Under the pieces are notes generated by a model. That model ran no database searches. It had not been told where the DNA came from and saw only the letters and a program-made list of their open reading frames with translations. Position numbers and translations under genes: made by a program. Positions 1 through 9,377 of a DNA stretch of 64,000 nucleotides are shown here, one piece after another; the first letter of the stretch is position 1, and every line of letters begins with the position of its first letter. This DNA comes from an uncultured Candidatus Micrarchaeota archaeon (GTDB lineage Archaea; Micrarchaeota; Micrarchaeia; Anstonellales; Bilamarchaeaceae), in NCBI GenBank assembly GCA_963714085.1, contig OY970229.1, forward strand, positions 877,348-941,347. Reading direction: 5' to 3'.

Positions 1-126
1 GCCGCCGGCGCGCACATCGCGACCATACCAGCCGAGGTGCTGGAGAAGATGTGGAAGCACCCGCTCACGGACAAGGGGATCATGCAGTTCAAGGAGGACT
101 ACAAGAAGACCGCTGCAAACAAGTGA
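1..126 (+). CDS. tal: Transaldolase / fructose-6-phosphate aldolase, 3' end (partial, not in ORF track)
   Basis: Frame 1 reads [41 protein letters not shown], matching the GAHIAT.P...HPLTDKG..F C-terminus of short-form transaldolases. Confidence 0.85.
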   Translation, partial: AAGAHIATIPAEVLEKMWKHPLTDKGIMQFKEDYKKTAANK

Positions 127-131
127 TTGCC

Positions 132-530
132 ATGAAGGAATCCATACCGCTGACCTGGCGCAAGATACCCGCACGCTACAGGCTGCTCGGGGTGAAATGC
201 ACCACCTGCAACACGTATTATTTCCCGAAGCGCTCGATCTGCCCCAAATGCAGGCGCAGGGGCAAGATAGAAGAGGTGCGCTATTCGGGCAAGGGCAAGG
301 TGTGCTCGTTCACCGAGATCGCCTCGCCGCCGATCGCCTTCGAGGACCAGGCCCCCTACGTGCTAGCCATAATAGAGCTGGACGAAGGAGCGAAGATCAC
401 GGGCCAGATAGTGGACGCCCGCGCCTCGGACGTCAAGATAGGCTCGCGCGTGGACCAGGTGTTCCGCATAATCCAGCGCGACGACCCGGAAGGGCTGATA
501 CACTACGGGTTCAAGTTCAAGCTAGTCTGA
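132..530 (+). CDS. DUF35-family Zn-ribbon/OB-fold protein
   Basis: KCTTCNTYYFPKRSICPKC Zn ribbon, then SGKGKVCSFT, PYVLAIIELDEG and YGFKF. Start trimmed to ATG 132. Confidence 0.9.
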   Translation: MKESIPLTWRKIPARYRLLGVKCTTCNTYYFPKRSICPKCRRRGKIEEVRYSGKGKVCSFTEIASPPIAFEDQAPYVLAIIELDEGAKITGQIVDARASDVKIGSRVDQVFRIIQRDDPEGLIHYGFKFKLV

Positions 531-986
531 TTTCTTCTGTTTCCCGTAGAAGAACATGGTCGCGGCCAGGAGCACGAAGCTGGCCGGCGCGTTTATGCAG
601 GGCACCTTGTCCCCGCAGTCCGCCGCCGCCTTAGCCACGCACAAGTCGGCGTCTTTGAAGCATTGGGTCATGACGCCTCCCTGGCAGTCCTCGGAGTCAT
701 TGCCGGAAGCTATTGCCGCCTTGCACGTCTGGAGCGTGTCCGCGCACGTCTGTATGCCCGGGCATTTTCCCGCAGCGAACGCAGCCGAGGCGACGGGATA
801 CTGCGCGCTGACGCACGCGGTCCCTGACTCCTGGTATTGCTGGGAACACGTCTGGTTGATCTTCCCCTGCGCGTCGAAGTTGCATAAAGTGCACGCCTGC
901 TGATAAGCAGTAGTCGCGCAGCCTGCGGATGATAGCGAAGCCATCACAATAAGAGCCAAAACCGCGAATATTATCGTGCGTGCCAT
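522..986 (-). CDS. Secreted Cys-rich protein with C-terminal membrane anchor
   Basis: N-terminal signal peptide, many Cys residues, and a C-terminal CINAPASFVLLAATMFFY segment followed by a basic tail. Confidence 0.7.
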   Translation of the reverse strand: MARTIIFAVLALIVMASLSSAGCATTAYQQACTLCNFDAQGKINQTCSQQYQESGTACVSAQYPVASAAFAAGKCPGIQTCADTLQTCKAAIASGNDSEDCQGGVMTQCFKDADLCVAKAAADCGDKVPCINAPASFVLLAATMFFYGKQKKSD

Positions 987-1020
987 GGCATGGCATTCGA
1001 AGACAAGTAATAAAATGGTT

Positions 1021-2319
1021 TCACTGCCGCTTCTGGGCCGGTTTTCTCTGAGCAGGCGGCGGCATCGCCATAAGCAGGGCGTCCAGCCTTTTCGGGCTAT
1101 TTGTTACGAATGGGTTCCGGCCAAGTTCATCCAGTGCTGCGCTCGCGGCGTCCGTCCCCTGCCTCTCGAATTCAGCCAGTTTGCCGATCGCCGTGACGGC
1201 TTTCCTGTCATCAGGTCCGGATGCGATGTTTTTCAACGCCGTTATGCGGCACGGTTCCTGGCACGTGGCGCCGGCATCGCGGGGGACCGCAGTCCTTCCA
1301 GCGTCCGGGCTCGCGACAGGTCCAAGAAGCCCGAACAACGAATCCACATCCTCCTGATTGGATGCGCCTATGATCGCAGCCGCGATCCTCTCAGCTTCCT
1401 GGTCTACAACACCTTCGTCAGCCCTGGCTGTTGAAACCGGTGCCGGCGGGTTCGTTGTATTCAAGGCATTGAAGGGAGTCGCAGCCGCCGGCTTCCTCGG
1501 GCTTTTAGCGGCCTTCTGCCTCGGTTTTACATGAAGAACAGTCTCGCGGGCAGCTGCGCCATCCTGCGGTGCAAGCCCCGCATCACGCTCTTGCGGCGAA
1601 GCATCCGGCGCGGCAACAGCTGCGGCCGGTTCCGCGGCTTCGGGTTTCGTGTCCTTATATTTCGGTCTTGAAAGACCATACACCGTCAACCCTAGCGCCA
1701 AAACGACCCCAGCGGCGATCGCAAACCCCTTCCACGCCTTTCTCCCCGCGGTTTTCTCGGTTGCCGGATCACGCGTTAGGGGCGCTGGTTCCACAATCAG
1801 TCCATCAGGCGGCAGGCTCCTCGTGCTCGCCATCGCCTGCACGGCCTGCAGCCTCTTCATTACCGGTTCCGGCAGCGTGACCGGCGGTTCCAATAATTTT
1901 TTTAACGCAGACTTCGCGGTGTCGACATACCAAGGGTTCGTAACGGCCTTCTCGAGGCCTGTGGTGACATCGTCCGCGAGCTTCCTCCTGAGCGAAGGGA
2001 TGGACAAAGCCGCTGCTTCCAATAATTCGGCTGCCTGGGGGCTATACTGCATCTTGCCGTATGTCTGGAAAATGATCCGCACGCCTGCCTCTTCCTTCGA
2101 ATAATCCATGCCCGGGGTCTTCCTGTCGTTCACCTGCCTGAGTATGGCAAGAACTTCAGCAACCGGCTTTTGGCCAATCTCCATACTTCTGAATGCGACG
2201 GAGAACTCCGAACTCGCGGCCCGCCTTGCGAATTCCGCTCTTTTGCGCGGGTCTCTCCTCTGCTCGCGCCCGTCGGGTATGGTGGCGTTGCCAGGACCGC
2301 TTCCCTGTGTCTGTGCCAT
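1021..2319 (-). CDS. Hypothetical single-pass membrane protein with Pro/Ala-rich linker
   Basis: 432-aa ORF with a central TM (GFAIAAGVVLALGLTVYGL) and helical C-terminal region. No family recognised. Confidence 0.6.
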   Translation of the reverse strand: MAQTQGSGPGNATIPDGREQRRDPRKRAEFARRAASSEFSVAFRSMEIGQKPVAEVLAILRQVNDRKTPGMDYSKEEAGVRIIFQTYGKMQYSPQAAELLEAAALSIPSLRRKLADDVTTGLEKAVTNPWYVDTAKSALKKLLEPPVTLPEPVMKRLQAVQAMASTRSLPPDGLIVEPAPLTRDPATEKTAGRKAWKGFAIAAGVVLALGLTVYGLSRPKYKDTKPEAAEPAAAVAAPDASPQERDAGLAPQDGAAARETVLHVKPRQKAAKSPRKPAAATPFNALNTTNPPAPVSTARADEGVVDQEAERIAAAIIGASNQEDVDSLFGLLGPVASPDAGRTAVPRDAGATCQEPCRITALKNIASGPDDRKAVTAIGKLAEFERQGTDAASAALDELGRNPFVTNSPKRLDALLMAMPPPAQRKPAQKRQ

Positions 2320-2324
2320 GGTCG

Positions 2325-3986
2325 CTACTCCCTTGGTCCGGTGCTGGGCGGTTCGTGGTATGCACGACCTGCTGCGGCCTTAACCTCTGCGTCTGCGTGG
2401 TCCTGGGAAATCCCATACAGGACGTCTCCTGCCATCTGCGTAATGGGTTCCGCGTAGGGGCCATTTTTGACCGCTGCGAGAGTGCCTACGACATCGAGTC
2501 CCTCTTTTTGCCCCTTCGAGCCGTAGGTGGCCAGCTGTGCAAACACAGACCCCTCCCTTAGGTCCCCATACTCCCTGAAATGATCCAGGGCAGCGTCCGT
2601 GGTTCCCTTGCTTATCGCCTCAAGGCAGCGCCCCAAGCTCAAAGCCTCGTCGATTTCCAATGGCTTGATGCTTCCGGCTTCGGCCGCAGCGAAGTCCGGG
2701 AATGCTTGGCTCACCTTGGCGACGACCACCTCGACTCCGCAGTTCTGGTAAATCCTGCGCGAAAACTCCAGCGCGGCAACGCAGACTGATGTTGGGCATT
2801 CGCTGTCCGCCGCAAGCCTCGCAAGCGTTCCAACCAGTTCCTGCGCCTCTATTTCGCTTTTCAAGCCGTAGTTCTCCAGGCAACCAAACACCGCCTTCGC
2901 GTTCTGGTCCCCGTGCACCTTGAAATATTCCACAGCCGCATCAGGGTTCCGATTCTCTATCCCAGCTAAGCAGCTCTCCAAGGGGGTCTTCTGCGCAGTT
3001 CCCGGAGCTTGGGTGCTCGTCGCTCCACCGGCGCTTGCGCCACCAGATGCAGGCCCGGTGCCTCCTCCTGCCGGATCGGGCCCCTTGGTCTCTTCTGGTT
3101 CTTCCATGGAAAACACTCCTGCGCCTTTCGGGTCTAGCGCCCTGGCGTACGCCTCTCCCATGCAATCCCTCATGGTCCGGAGCACGTCGGTTATGGCTTC
3201 ATCAATCTTGCTGCCGAGCCCGGCAAGCAATCCCTTTTCTGCTTCCATGTCATTCACAATCGCGCTGATGCCGGCCTTCGCGCTTGTCAACCGGGGCATT
3301 TTATCGCCGCCCTCTATGGAATCGCGGATACCAGCATAGTTCAATCTCGCTTTCTCCAGCATCGTCGAGGCAAACCCAAGGCGTTGCCTGGCGTGAGCCG
3401 CGTACTCGCCGCTTTCTTCGAGCAGGCTGACCGCAACCTTCAACGGCTCCATGTCCGTATCCAATCCAGATCCCATCGGCGCGTCTGAGGCTTCGTGCAC
3501 GACAATCGGCTTCAGCGTGAGTTCCGGAACAACGACTTCCGCTTCCGGCTCATCGAATCTCAGATCGATGCGGTATGAACCGGCCGGCGCCTTGCGCTTC
3601 TGCAATGCATCTCCAAAAACGGTTTCGACCATGCTTATGGAATGCGCCCTCAGGTCACCCAGCACAGCGTCGCTGCGGTTTTTATATCCTGAAACACGTT
3701 CCCTGGCCAGCCGCAGCTCTTTGACATCCCTCTTGATACCCTCTATGCACTCCTGCAACATGTCTTTAGCTTGTTTGAACCCTCCCAGGCCAGCGATCCT
3801 GGTGTTAAGAGTTGCCAGCGTCAGATACGCATTGTCGAAGTTCTGTTCGGCCTCGTACATGAACGCATGCGAGCTACTGCAATGAATAAGGCCTTCTTTC
3901 AGCGTCTTCTTAGTCTGTGCCAGTCTCTGCCCGGCACTTGCGACCGCGTTTTCTATCGGTGATTCCTTTTTCATCGTTTCAGCCAT
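2325..3986 (-). CDS. Hypothetical protein with coiled-coil N-terminus and duplicated helical C-terminal module
   Basis: 553-aa ORF containing an ungapped 56-aa internal repeat (see findings). Confidence 0.65.
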   Translation of the reverse strand: MAETMKKESPIENAVASAGQRLAQTKKTLKEGLIHCSSSHAFMYEAEQNFDNAYLTLATLNTRIAGLGGFKQAKDMLQECIEGIKRDVKELRLARERVSGYKNRSDAVLGDLRAHSISMVETVFGDALQKRKAPAGSYRIDLRFDEPEAEVVVPELTLKPIVVHEASDAPMGSGLDTDMEPLKVAVSLLEESGEYAAHARQRLGFASTMLEKARLNYAGIRDSIEGGDKMPRLTSAKAGISAIVNDMEAEKGLLAGLGSKIDEAITDVLRTMRDCMGEAYARALDPKGAGVFSMEEPEETKGPDPAGGGTGPASGGASAGGATSTQAPGTAQKTPLESCLAGIENRNPDAAVEYFKVHGDQNAKAVFGCLENYGLKSEIEAQELVGTLARLAADSECPTSVCVAALEFSRRIYQNCGVEVVVAKVSQAFPDFAAAEAGSIKPLEIDEALSLGRCLEAISKGTTDAALDHFREYGDLREGSVFAQLATYGSKGQKEGLDVVGTLAAVKNGPYAEPITQMAGDVLYGISQDHADAEVKAAAGRAYHEPPSTGPRE

Positions 3987-4085
3987 ATCTACACCTCTCC
4001 ATTTTTCATTAAGATAATTTGTCCCGTGCTGTCATATTATGTAAGAAGGGTTTAAATACCATACGGACGGCAATTCCCACACTCA

Positions 4086-4511
4086 TCAGACGGGCTTCCC
4101 GCTGCGCAGCCATGCCGCGGTCCTGGATAGCCGCTGCCCCTTCGCGTCCTCCAGGGACAGCCACCTGAAGCCCGAGAACTCCGGGGACGGCTTCGCCCTC
4201 ATGCTTTTGGCCGTCACCTTGAACACCAGGCACGGCACCATGACCCTGCGCTTCCTTGATCCGGCGTTGTACCTCCCTTCCAGGACTATCTCGTGCACTT
4301 CGCCGTCTATGCCCGTCAGCCTGGGGAACGCCTCCTTTATGTCAGCGAACGGGCTCCTGCCTGATAGGACCAGCACGCAGGGCATCTCCAGCCACTCGGC
4401 CCCGTTGTCATCCCTGCGGAACAGGAAAAGCACCCTGCCGTTGTCCTCGAGCATCCCGCAGGCGAGCGCCTTCGGAAGCCTCGTCCCGGTCTGGACCCTC
4501 CTCCTGCTCAT
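4086..4511 (-). CDS. NUDIX-fold protein with degenerate Nudix box
   Basis: ALACGMLEDNGRVLFL...WLEMP and FRWLSLEDA resemble the Nudix fold, but no REUXEE motif is present. Confidence 0.55.
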   Translation of the reverse strand: MSRRRVQTGTRLPKALACGMLEDNGRVLFLFRRDDNGAEWLEMPCVLVLSGRSPFADIKEAFPRLTGIDGEVHEIVLEGRYNAGSRKRRVMVPCLVFKVTAKSMRAKPSPEFSGFRWLSLEDAKGQRLSRTAAWLRSGKPV

Positions 4512-4966
4512 CGTCCGAACTCCCCGTCAAGCTCGGCCTGCGCGACGACGTGCCCGGTCATCGCCTTGTCGAGCTGTTCCGAATCCGCCCCTGGCTCGAG
4601 CTTGAGCAGAGTGCCGAGCGCGTAGAGCTTGAACCTGTACGTGTGCGTGTTCCCCCTCGGCGGGCATGGGGGCGTGTAGCCTATCTCGCCCGCGCTCGTC
4701 ACGCCCTCGACACCGATTCCCATCGCCCCTTCCTTCATCTCCTTGGTTTTCGGCGCGATATTCCAGACGAGCCAGTGGATGAACGTGCCCGAGGGCGCAT
4801 CCGGGTCGTCTACGACAAGCGCAAGGCTCTTCGCACTGGCAGGGACGCCTTTGATCTCCAGAGGCGGATTGATTCCGTCGCCGCCGCACGCGTATCTCTC
4901 CGGTATCATCTCCCCGTTCCTGAACGCCCGGCTCGAAATCTCCATCCTTACCGGTTTTTCATTCAT
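4508..4966 (-). CDS. YbhB/YbcL (PEBP/RKIP-like) family protein
   Basis: NPPL, SLALVVDDPDAP.GTFIHW, GYTPPCPP and HTYRFKLYAL motifs. Confidence 0.95.
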   Translation of the reverse strand: MNEKPVRMEISSRAFRNGEMIPERYACGGDGINPPLEIKGVPASAKSLALVVDDPDAPSGTFIHWLVWNIAPKTKEMKEGAMGIGVEGVTSAGEIGYTPPCPPRGNTHTYRFKLYALGTLLKLEPGADSEQLDKAMTGHVVAQAELDGEFGR

Positions 4967-6104
4967 AGGTCCTCGCCCACATCTCCTTCGCGAGCTTCCC
5001 CTTGTACATGAACGTGTCGACGTCCTTCTCCGCCTTCTTCTTTTTCTCGCGGAAATCCGATAGGAACGCGTTTATCCTCTCTATGAGGAGCATCTTCATC
5101 TCTCCGGTCAGCAGCTTCCCGGAGCGGTAATCGTCGTGGATCCGTTTCAGCTTCGCGTCGTCCGGCTCGAACATGATGGAGAGCCACTGGTAGGGCACGT
5201 CTATGTCCGGGTTTCCGCCCAGCTTCCTGTGCTCCTCCACGGTGGGCTGCCCGCCAGAGAACGCGTACTTGTTTATCTTGTTCTTCACGGTTTTCTCGTC
5301 GTCCGTGAGCAGTACCGCGGTCTCCTGCCCCGCGCTGGAGCTCATCTTGCCGCTCACGCCCTGGAGCGGCGGCAGGAACTTGGTGTGGATTGCCGCGGTC
5401 TTGTAGTAGCCCAGCCCCTCCGCCACGTCCCGCTGCACCCTCCAGTACGGGTCTTGGTCTATGGCGCAGGGGATCAGGCACCTCTTCTTCTCGAAGAAGG
5501 ATGGCACGACCTGGTATGCCGGATAGAACGACATGCCGATGTTCGTGGAGTCGTCGAAGCCGAAGACCGCCTTCACCGTGGAGCCGGTTATCTTTCGTGC
5601 GGTCTTCATGAGCAGCGGGTATACGTTCCGCACGTACTCACTGTCCTTGAATATGAACGTGCGCTCCGGGTCGAAGCCCACGGCGATGATGTCGGATATG
5701 TTGTCCCTGGCGTTCTTCTGCACCTCGCTCCACTCATATTCGCGGCGGTAGAGGAATTTCTCGTCATCGGTTATCTCGATGTAGAGGTTGCACTTGAACC
5801 GCTCCTGGAGCCATTTCGTGAACACCAGCGGGACCAGGTGCCCGATGTGCATGCTCTTGCTCGGCCCGCGACCCGTATAAAGGAAGAAGCCCTTGCCCTG
5901 CTCGTGGTCCTTCAGCACGAGGTCCAGGTCGCGGTGCGAGAACACGAAATCGCGGCGTAGCATGTGGTGGATCCCGCCATCGTGCTGCAGCCGCTCCTTG
6001 AGCTCCGGCGTTATCCTGCTGGTCCCGAACTGCCTGATGAGCTTCTCGTAGTCTATCGCCCCGGAGACCTCCCACGGGGTCACCCTGAACTTTTCCTCTG
6101 CCAT
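4959..6104 (-). CDS. trpS: Tryptophanyl-tRNA synthetase (archaeal type)
   Basis: VTPWEV N-terminus, YTGRGPS, HIGH, AIDQDPY and KMSSS motifs. Confidence 0.97.
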   Translation of the reverse strand: MAEEKFRVTPWEVSGAIDYEKLIRQFGTSRITPELKERLQHDGGIHHMLRRDFVFSHRDLDLVLKDHEQGKGFFLYTGRGPSKSMHIGHLVPLVFTKWLQERFKCNLYIEITDDEKFLYRREYEWSEVQKNARDNISDIIAVGFDPERTFIFKDSEYVRNVYPLLMKTARKITGSTVKAVFGFDDSTNIGMSFYPAYQVVPSFFEKKRCLIPCAIDQDPYWRVQRDVAEGLGYYKTAAIHTKFLPPLQGVSGKMSSSAGQETAVLLTDDEKTVKNKINKYAFSGGQPTVEEHRKLGGNPDIDVPYQWLSIMFEPDDAKLKRIHDDYRSGKLLTGEMKMLLIERINAFLSDFREKKKKAEKDVDTFMYKGKLAKEMWARTYE

Positions 6105-6137
6105 GGCAGGAATAACACTGAATGAGATTAAAAAGGT

Positions 6138-6464
6138 TCAGAAAAGCAGGACGCCGGCCAGGAATGACGCCGCGTTGCACAGGAAGCTGACCCTGAGCGC
6201 ATCGGACCATCCTATCCCGGGGAACAGCATGCGATAAACCCCTGCCTCGGCAAGAAAAGCGAAAATCTCCGCGAGCGCGGTCTGCAATGCCCAGGACCCG
6301 AGACCCAGGGCTGGAAACAGGAACCAAACGAACGGAAGCGTGAGCGTGTTCGCTATCAGCGAGTTGCGGACAATGAGCGAGATTCCGTATCTTCTCCTCA
6401 GCAGGATGAAAAGCAAGGCTGTCTCTATGGATATGGTAAGGCACCATGCGGGCAGGAAATCCAT
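6138..6464 (-). CDS. Small multi-pass membrane protein
   Basis: Hydrophobic helices with polar T.IE, N.LT.P..W and AE...E residues. Start trimmed to MDFLP. Confidence 0.65.
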   Translation of the reverse strand: MDFLPAWCLTISIETALLFILLRRRYGISLIVRNSLIANTLTLPFVWFLFPALGLGSWALQTALAEIFAFLAEAGVYRMLFPGIGWSDALRVSFLCNAASFLAGVLLF

Positions 6465-6465
6465 C

Positions 6466-6939
6466 CTACTTCCTCGTTGCGATGACGGAAAATGCGAGCA
6501 CTGGCAGGAGGAAAGCCGGCAGGCATCCCGGTCCAGGCGGATTGTGCTGGTCCTGCATGTTCCCGGTCTCCACATCCACCGTTATGGAATGGGTTCCGGT
6601 GTCGGTCAAATCCACAGTACCCGTCTCCATCATCCTGCCTTCGTATTCATATGAGAAAAAGCCGCTGGACAGGTAGCACGGATTGAACTTGTAGAACCAG
6701 TTGCTGTTATCGCACACTCCGGCTGTGCATGAGAGGTTAATCAGTTTCTGGGTCACGGAGCCATTGTCCGTGCTGTTGCTTCCGTCGCAATGGTAGGTTA
6801 TCGAATCCATGGATGTGTACGGGGCTCCGTTCTTCTGCATGTAAACGAGCACCGTCGCATGGCTTGGCGGCGGGCCGACGTCAGCGAACGCGAGTGAAAC
6901 GAACAGGATGCAAACCAGCAAAAAACATGCCTGCCTCAT
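6466..6939 (-). CDS. Secreted protein with C-terminal Cys-x-Pro-Ala-Phe anchor
   Basis: Signal peptide ending AFA-DVGP, and C-terminal PGPGCLPAFLLPVLAFSVIATRK. Confidence 0.7.
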   Translation of the reverse strand: MRQACFLLVCILFVSLAFADVGPPPSHATVLVYMQKNGAPYTSMDSITYHCDGSNSTDNGSVTQKLINLSCTAGVCDNSNWFYKFNPCYLSSGFFSYEYEGRMMETGTVDLTDTGTHSITVDVETGNMQDQHNPPGPGCLPAFLLPVLAFSVIATRK

Positions 6940-6948
6940 AGTCGCGCC

Positions 6949-7071
6949 TCATGAATCCGTGCAGTCCCTCTTATGGCCGCATCTCGGGCAGCTGACGCTG
7001 CAGACGTTCTTCGGCAGCTCTTCGCCGCAATTCTCGCAAAGCGCCTTGTCAGCGCAACAGCCCGATGCCAT
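6949..7071 (-). CDS. 40-aa small zinc-finger protein (not in ORF track)
   Basis: Manual translation gives MASGCCADKALCENCGEELPKNVCSVSCPRCGHKRDCTDS*, with CENCG and CPRCG knuckles. It fills the gap between co-oriented genes. Confidence 0.75.
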   Translation of the reverse strand: MASGCCADKALCENCGEELPKNVCSVSCPRCGHKRDCTDS

Positions 7072-7088
7072 AATCATCAACTAGTATA

Positions 7089-7976
7089 TTAGCGCTTGAA
7101 AATATATAAAGCCAGCCGCTTGCTCACCGTGATCGATAGGGCTATGCCCGCGGCGAGTATCGCGCACGAGACGACGAGGCCCTGCCCGAGTATCTTCCAT
7201 TCGCCCAGGACCGTCTTCATCACGGACTCGTGGAACAGGAATATCTCGAACGTGTTCGCGGCGATGACGACTAGGACGTTCGGCAGCGAAACGATGTCGG
7301 CGCCCAGTTTCTCGATAAGAATGAATGCCACGAACGGGAGCACCATCACCGGGTTGATGAGCGCCGGCAACAGCGTGGCGCAGAGCACCAGCGGCCTTTT
7401 TTCGCCCTGGGCGAGCGCGATGCCGAAGCAGAATTCCCCGAGGAAGAATACCGGCGAGAAGTCGACCCACCCCGGATAGAGCACGTACCTGTTCGCGATC
7501 GTCAGGATGAACGCGAGGAGCAGGAACCAGGGGCTCTTCCTGATGAACCGGTTCAGGATGGGGAACAGGATGTATAGCCCCATCAAGGGCACGAGGAACC
7601 AGGCCGGGCTTATTATGGAATACGAGAGACTAGGCACCATCCAGTTCAGGAAAAGGAAATGCAGGACCAGGTCCTTCACCCTGCTGTAGATGTCCTCGCT
7701 CACGAATAATAGCGATACGCAGATAAGCGCCGGATAGTAAAGCGTCGCAATCCGCAGCCATCTCTTCTTCAGCCAGTTGAGGTCGAAGCTGATCAGCTCC
7801 TTGTACTTCATGGCGAGCATGTAGCCGCTCGCTATGAAGAAAAGCGAGACCCCAAAGAACCCGATAACACGTAGGTCGTTGTTCAGGGTGAACTCATAGG
7901 CCACGTGGAAGCCGACGATAAGGATTATAGCAATTATCCTCGCGATATCCACCCATGCGATGCGCCCTTCCGCCAT
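7089..7976 (-). CDS. Acyltransferase family 3 (OafA-like) membrane protein
   Basis: RIAWVDIARIIAIILIVGFH, GVSLFFIASGY, KRWLRI and AWFL motifs. Confidence 0.9.
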   Translation of the reverse strand: MAEGRIAWVDIARIIAIILIVGFHVAYEFTLNNDLRVIGFFGVSLFFIASGYMLAMKYKELISFDLNWLKKRWLRIATLYYPALICVSLLFVSEDIYSRVKDLVLHFLFLNWMVPSLSYSIISPAWFLVPLMGLYILFPILNRFIRKSPWFLLLAFILTIANRYVLYPGWVDFSPVFFLGEFCFGIALAQGEKRPLVLCATLLPALINPVMVLPFVAFILIEKLGADIVSLPNVLVVIAANTFEIFLFHESVMKTVLGEWKILGQGLVVSCAILAAGIALSITVSKRLALYIFKR

Positions 7977-8069
7977 GCGGTGGAAATGGCAGCAAGGCAA
8001 TAAAAAGACAGGCACAGACCCAAAATCAGATCCATACGCTAATAAAAAATATGAAAAAAAGAGACACGC

Positions 8070-9038
8070 TCAGTCGCATATCCCTTCCTTCCTGACCCTG
8101 AACACGCATTCGCCCTCGGGCAGGTTCGGCGAGTCCACGAGCCGTGCGATGCGCTTGTCATCCTTCGACTTGCGCAGATAGACTCTGTACGTCGAGGAAT
8201 GGGCCACTACGTTCCCACCGATTGGTTTGGTCGGGTCCCCGAACAGCATGCCAGGATCATCCATCACCTGGTTCGTCAGGTAGACCGCGATGTTGTAGCT
8301 GTCCGCCAGCCTCTGCAGGGTGTGCACATGCTTGTTCAGCTTCTGCTGCCTCTCGCCTAGCGCGCCTCTCCCCAAATAATCCGAGCGGAAGTGCGATGTG
8401 AGCGAGTCCACCACAATGAGCCCGATGTTCTTCTCCTTTATCAGGTCCTCGCATTTCTCTATCAGAATTATCTGGTGGTCGGAGTTCTCCGCCCTTGCGA
8501 CGTGGATGTTCTTCAGCACCTCCAACGCATCCATGCCCTGGGCCTCGGCCAGCTGCGCGATGCGGTCCGGCCTGAAGGTGTGCTCAGTGTCCACGAAGAT
8601 GACTCCCTTCCCGAGCCCGCCCTGTTCCACAGGCTTCTGGACGTTCACGCAGAGCTGGAACCCCAGTTGGCTTTTTCCGGAACTGAACCTCGCGTATGCT
8701 TCGGTGATGGCCTGCGTCTCCACTCCACCGCCCAGTAGCTCGTCTAAAGCTTTGGAGCTCGTTGCGATTCTGCCAATCACTTTCCTGCGCTCTAAGACCA
8801 TGTCGCCGCTCTCGAACCCGATTTCCACCATGGATTTGGCGGCCTCGATTGCTTTTTTCGAGGCTTCCACGCCTATCCCGCTTATCTCGGAGAGGTCCTG
8901 CGGAGACATCGTCGCCAGCTTCGGGAACTCGCTGTAACCCGCGGCCCTTATCTTCTCCGCTGACACCTCGCCTATCCCGGGAAGGTCCTCGAGGTCCTTG
9001 TAGAATTTCTTCTTTTTGTCGTTTTTATCTTCCGTCAT
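8070..9038 (-). CDS. radA: DNA repair and recombination protein RadA
   Basis: N-terminal HhH (LPGIG), [10 protein letters not shown], Walker A variant [14 protein letters not shown] and NQV...[10 protein letters not shown]. Start trimmed to MTEDK. Confidence 0.95.
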   Translation of the reverse strand: MTEDKNDKKKKFYKDLEDLPGIGEVSAEKIRAAGYSEFPKLATMSPQDLSEISGIGVEASKKAIEAAKSMVEIGFESGDMVLERRKVIGRIATSSKALDELLGGGVETQAITEAYARFSSGKSQLGFQLCVNVQKPVEQGGLGKGVIFVDTEHTFRPDRIAQLAEAQGMDALEVLKNIHVARAENSDHQIILIEKCEDLIKEKNIGLIVVDSLTSHFRSDYLGRGALGERQQKLNKHVHTLQRLADSYNIAVYLTNQVMDDPGMLFGDPTKPIGGNVVAHSSTYRVYLRKSKDDKRIARLVDSPNLPEGECVFRVRKEGICD

Positions 9039-9043
9039 ATCAA

Positions 9044-9361
9044 TCACTGTTCGGTCTGCTTGGTCTCGAACTTGCTCGCGTTCGGGAACACAAGGAGCTT
9101 GAGCTGCCCTATCTTGAGCGTGTAGAATTCGTTGCCCTGCTTGGAGACATTCTTCCACATGCCGCCCACATTCACATATACTGATTTTCCGTCCTTGTCG
9201 CGGTCGGTCTGCACCACGCGGAAATCCGGCCTGTTGCCGCTTGAAGCCGGGCCGCCCACGTTCGGCTTGGAGCCCGTGCTCACGGGCGCGGTCTCGGTTT
9301 TCTCATCCCCCGTAATCTCCTCGAATCCCTCATCGCCTAAATTCACTTCAGTTTCTTTCAT
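9044..9361 (-). CDS. DUF736-like small protein with acidic disordered N-terminus
   Basis: RPDFRVV...[20 protein letters not shown] resembles the DUF736 pattern PDFR..GAAW...G.EY. It ends 5 nt upstream of radA. Confidence 0.55.
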   Translation of the reverse strand: MKETEVNLGDEGFEEITGDEKTETAPVSTGSKPNVGGPASSGNRPDFRVVQTDRDKDGKSVYVNVGGMWKNVSKQGNEFYTLKIGQLKLLVFPNASKFETKQTEQ

Positions 9362-9377
9362 ACCAATCGCCTGAGTA

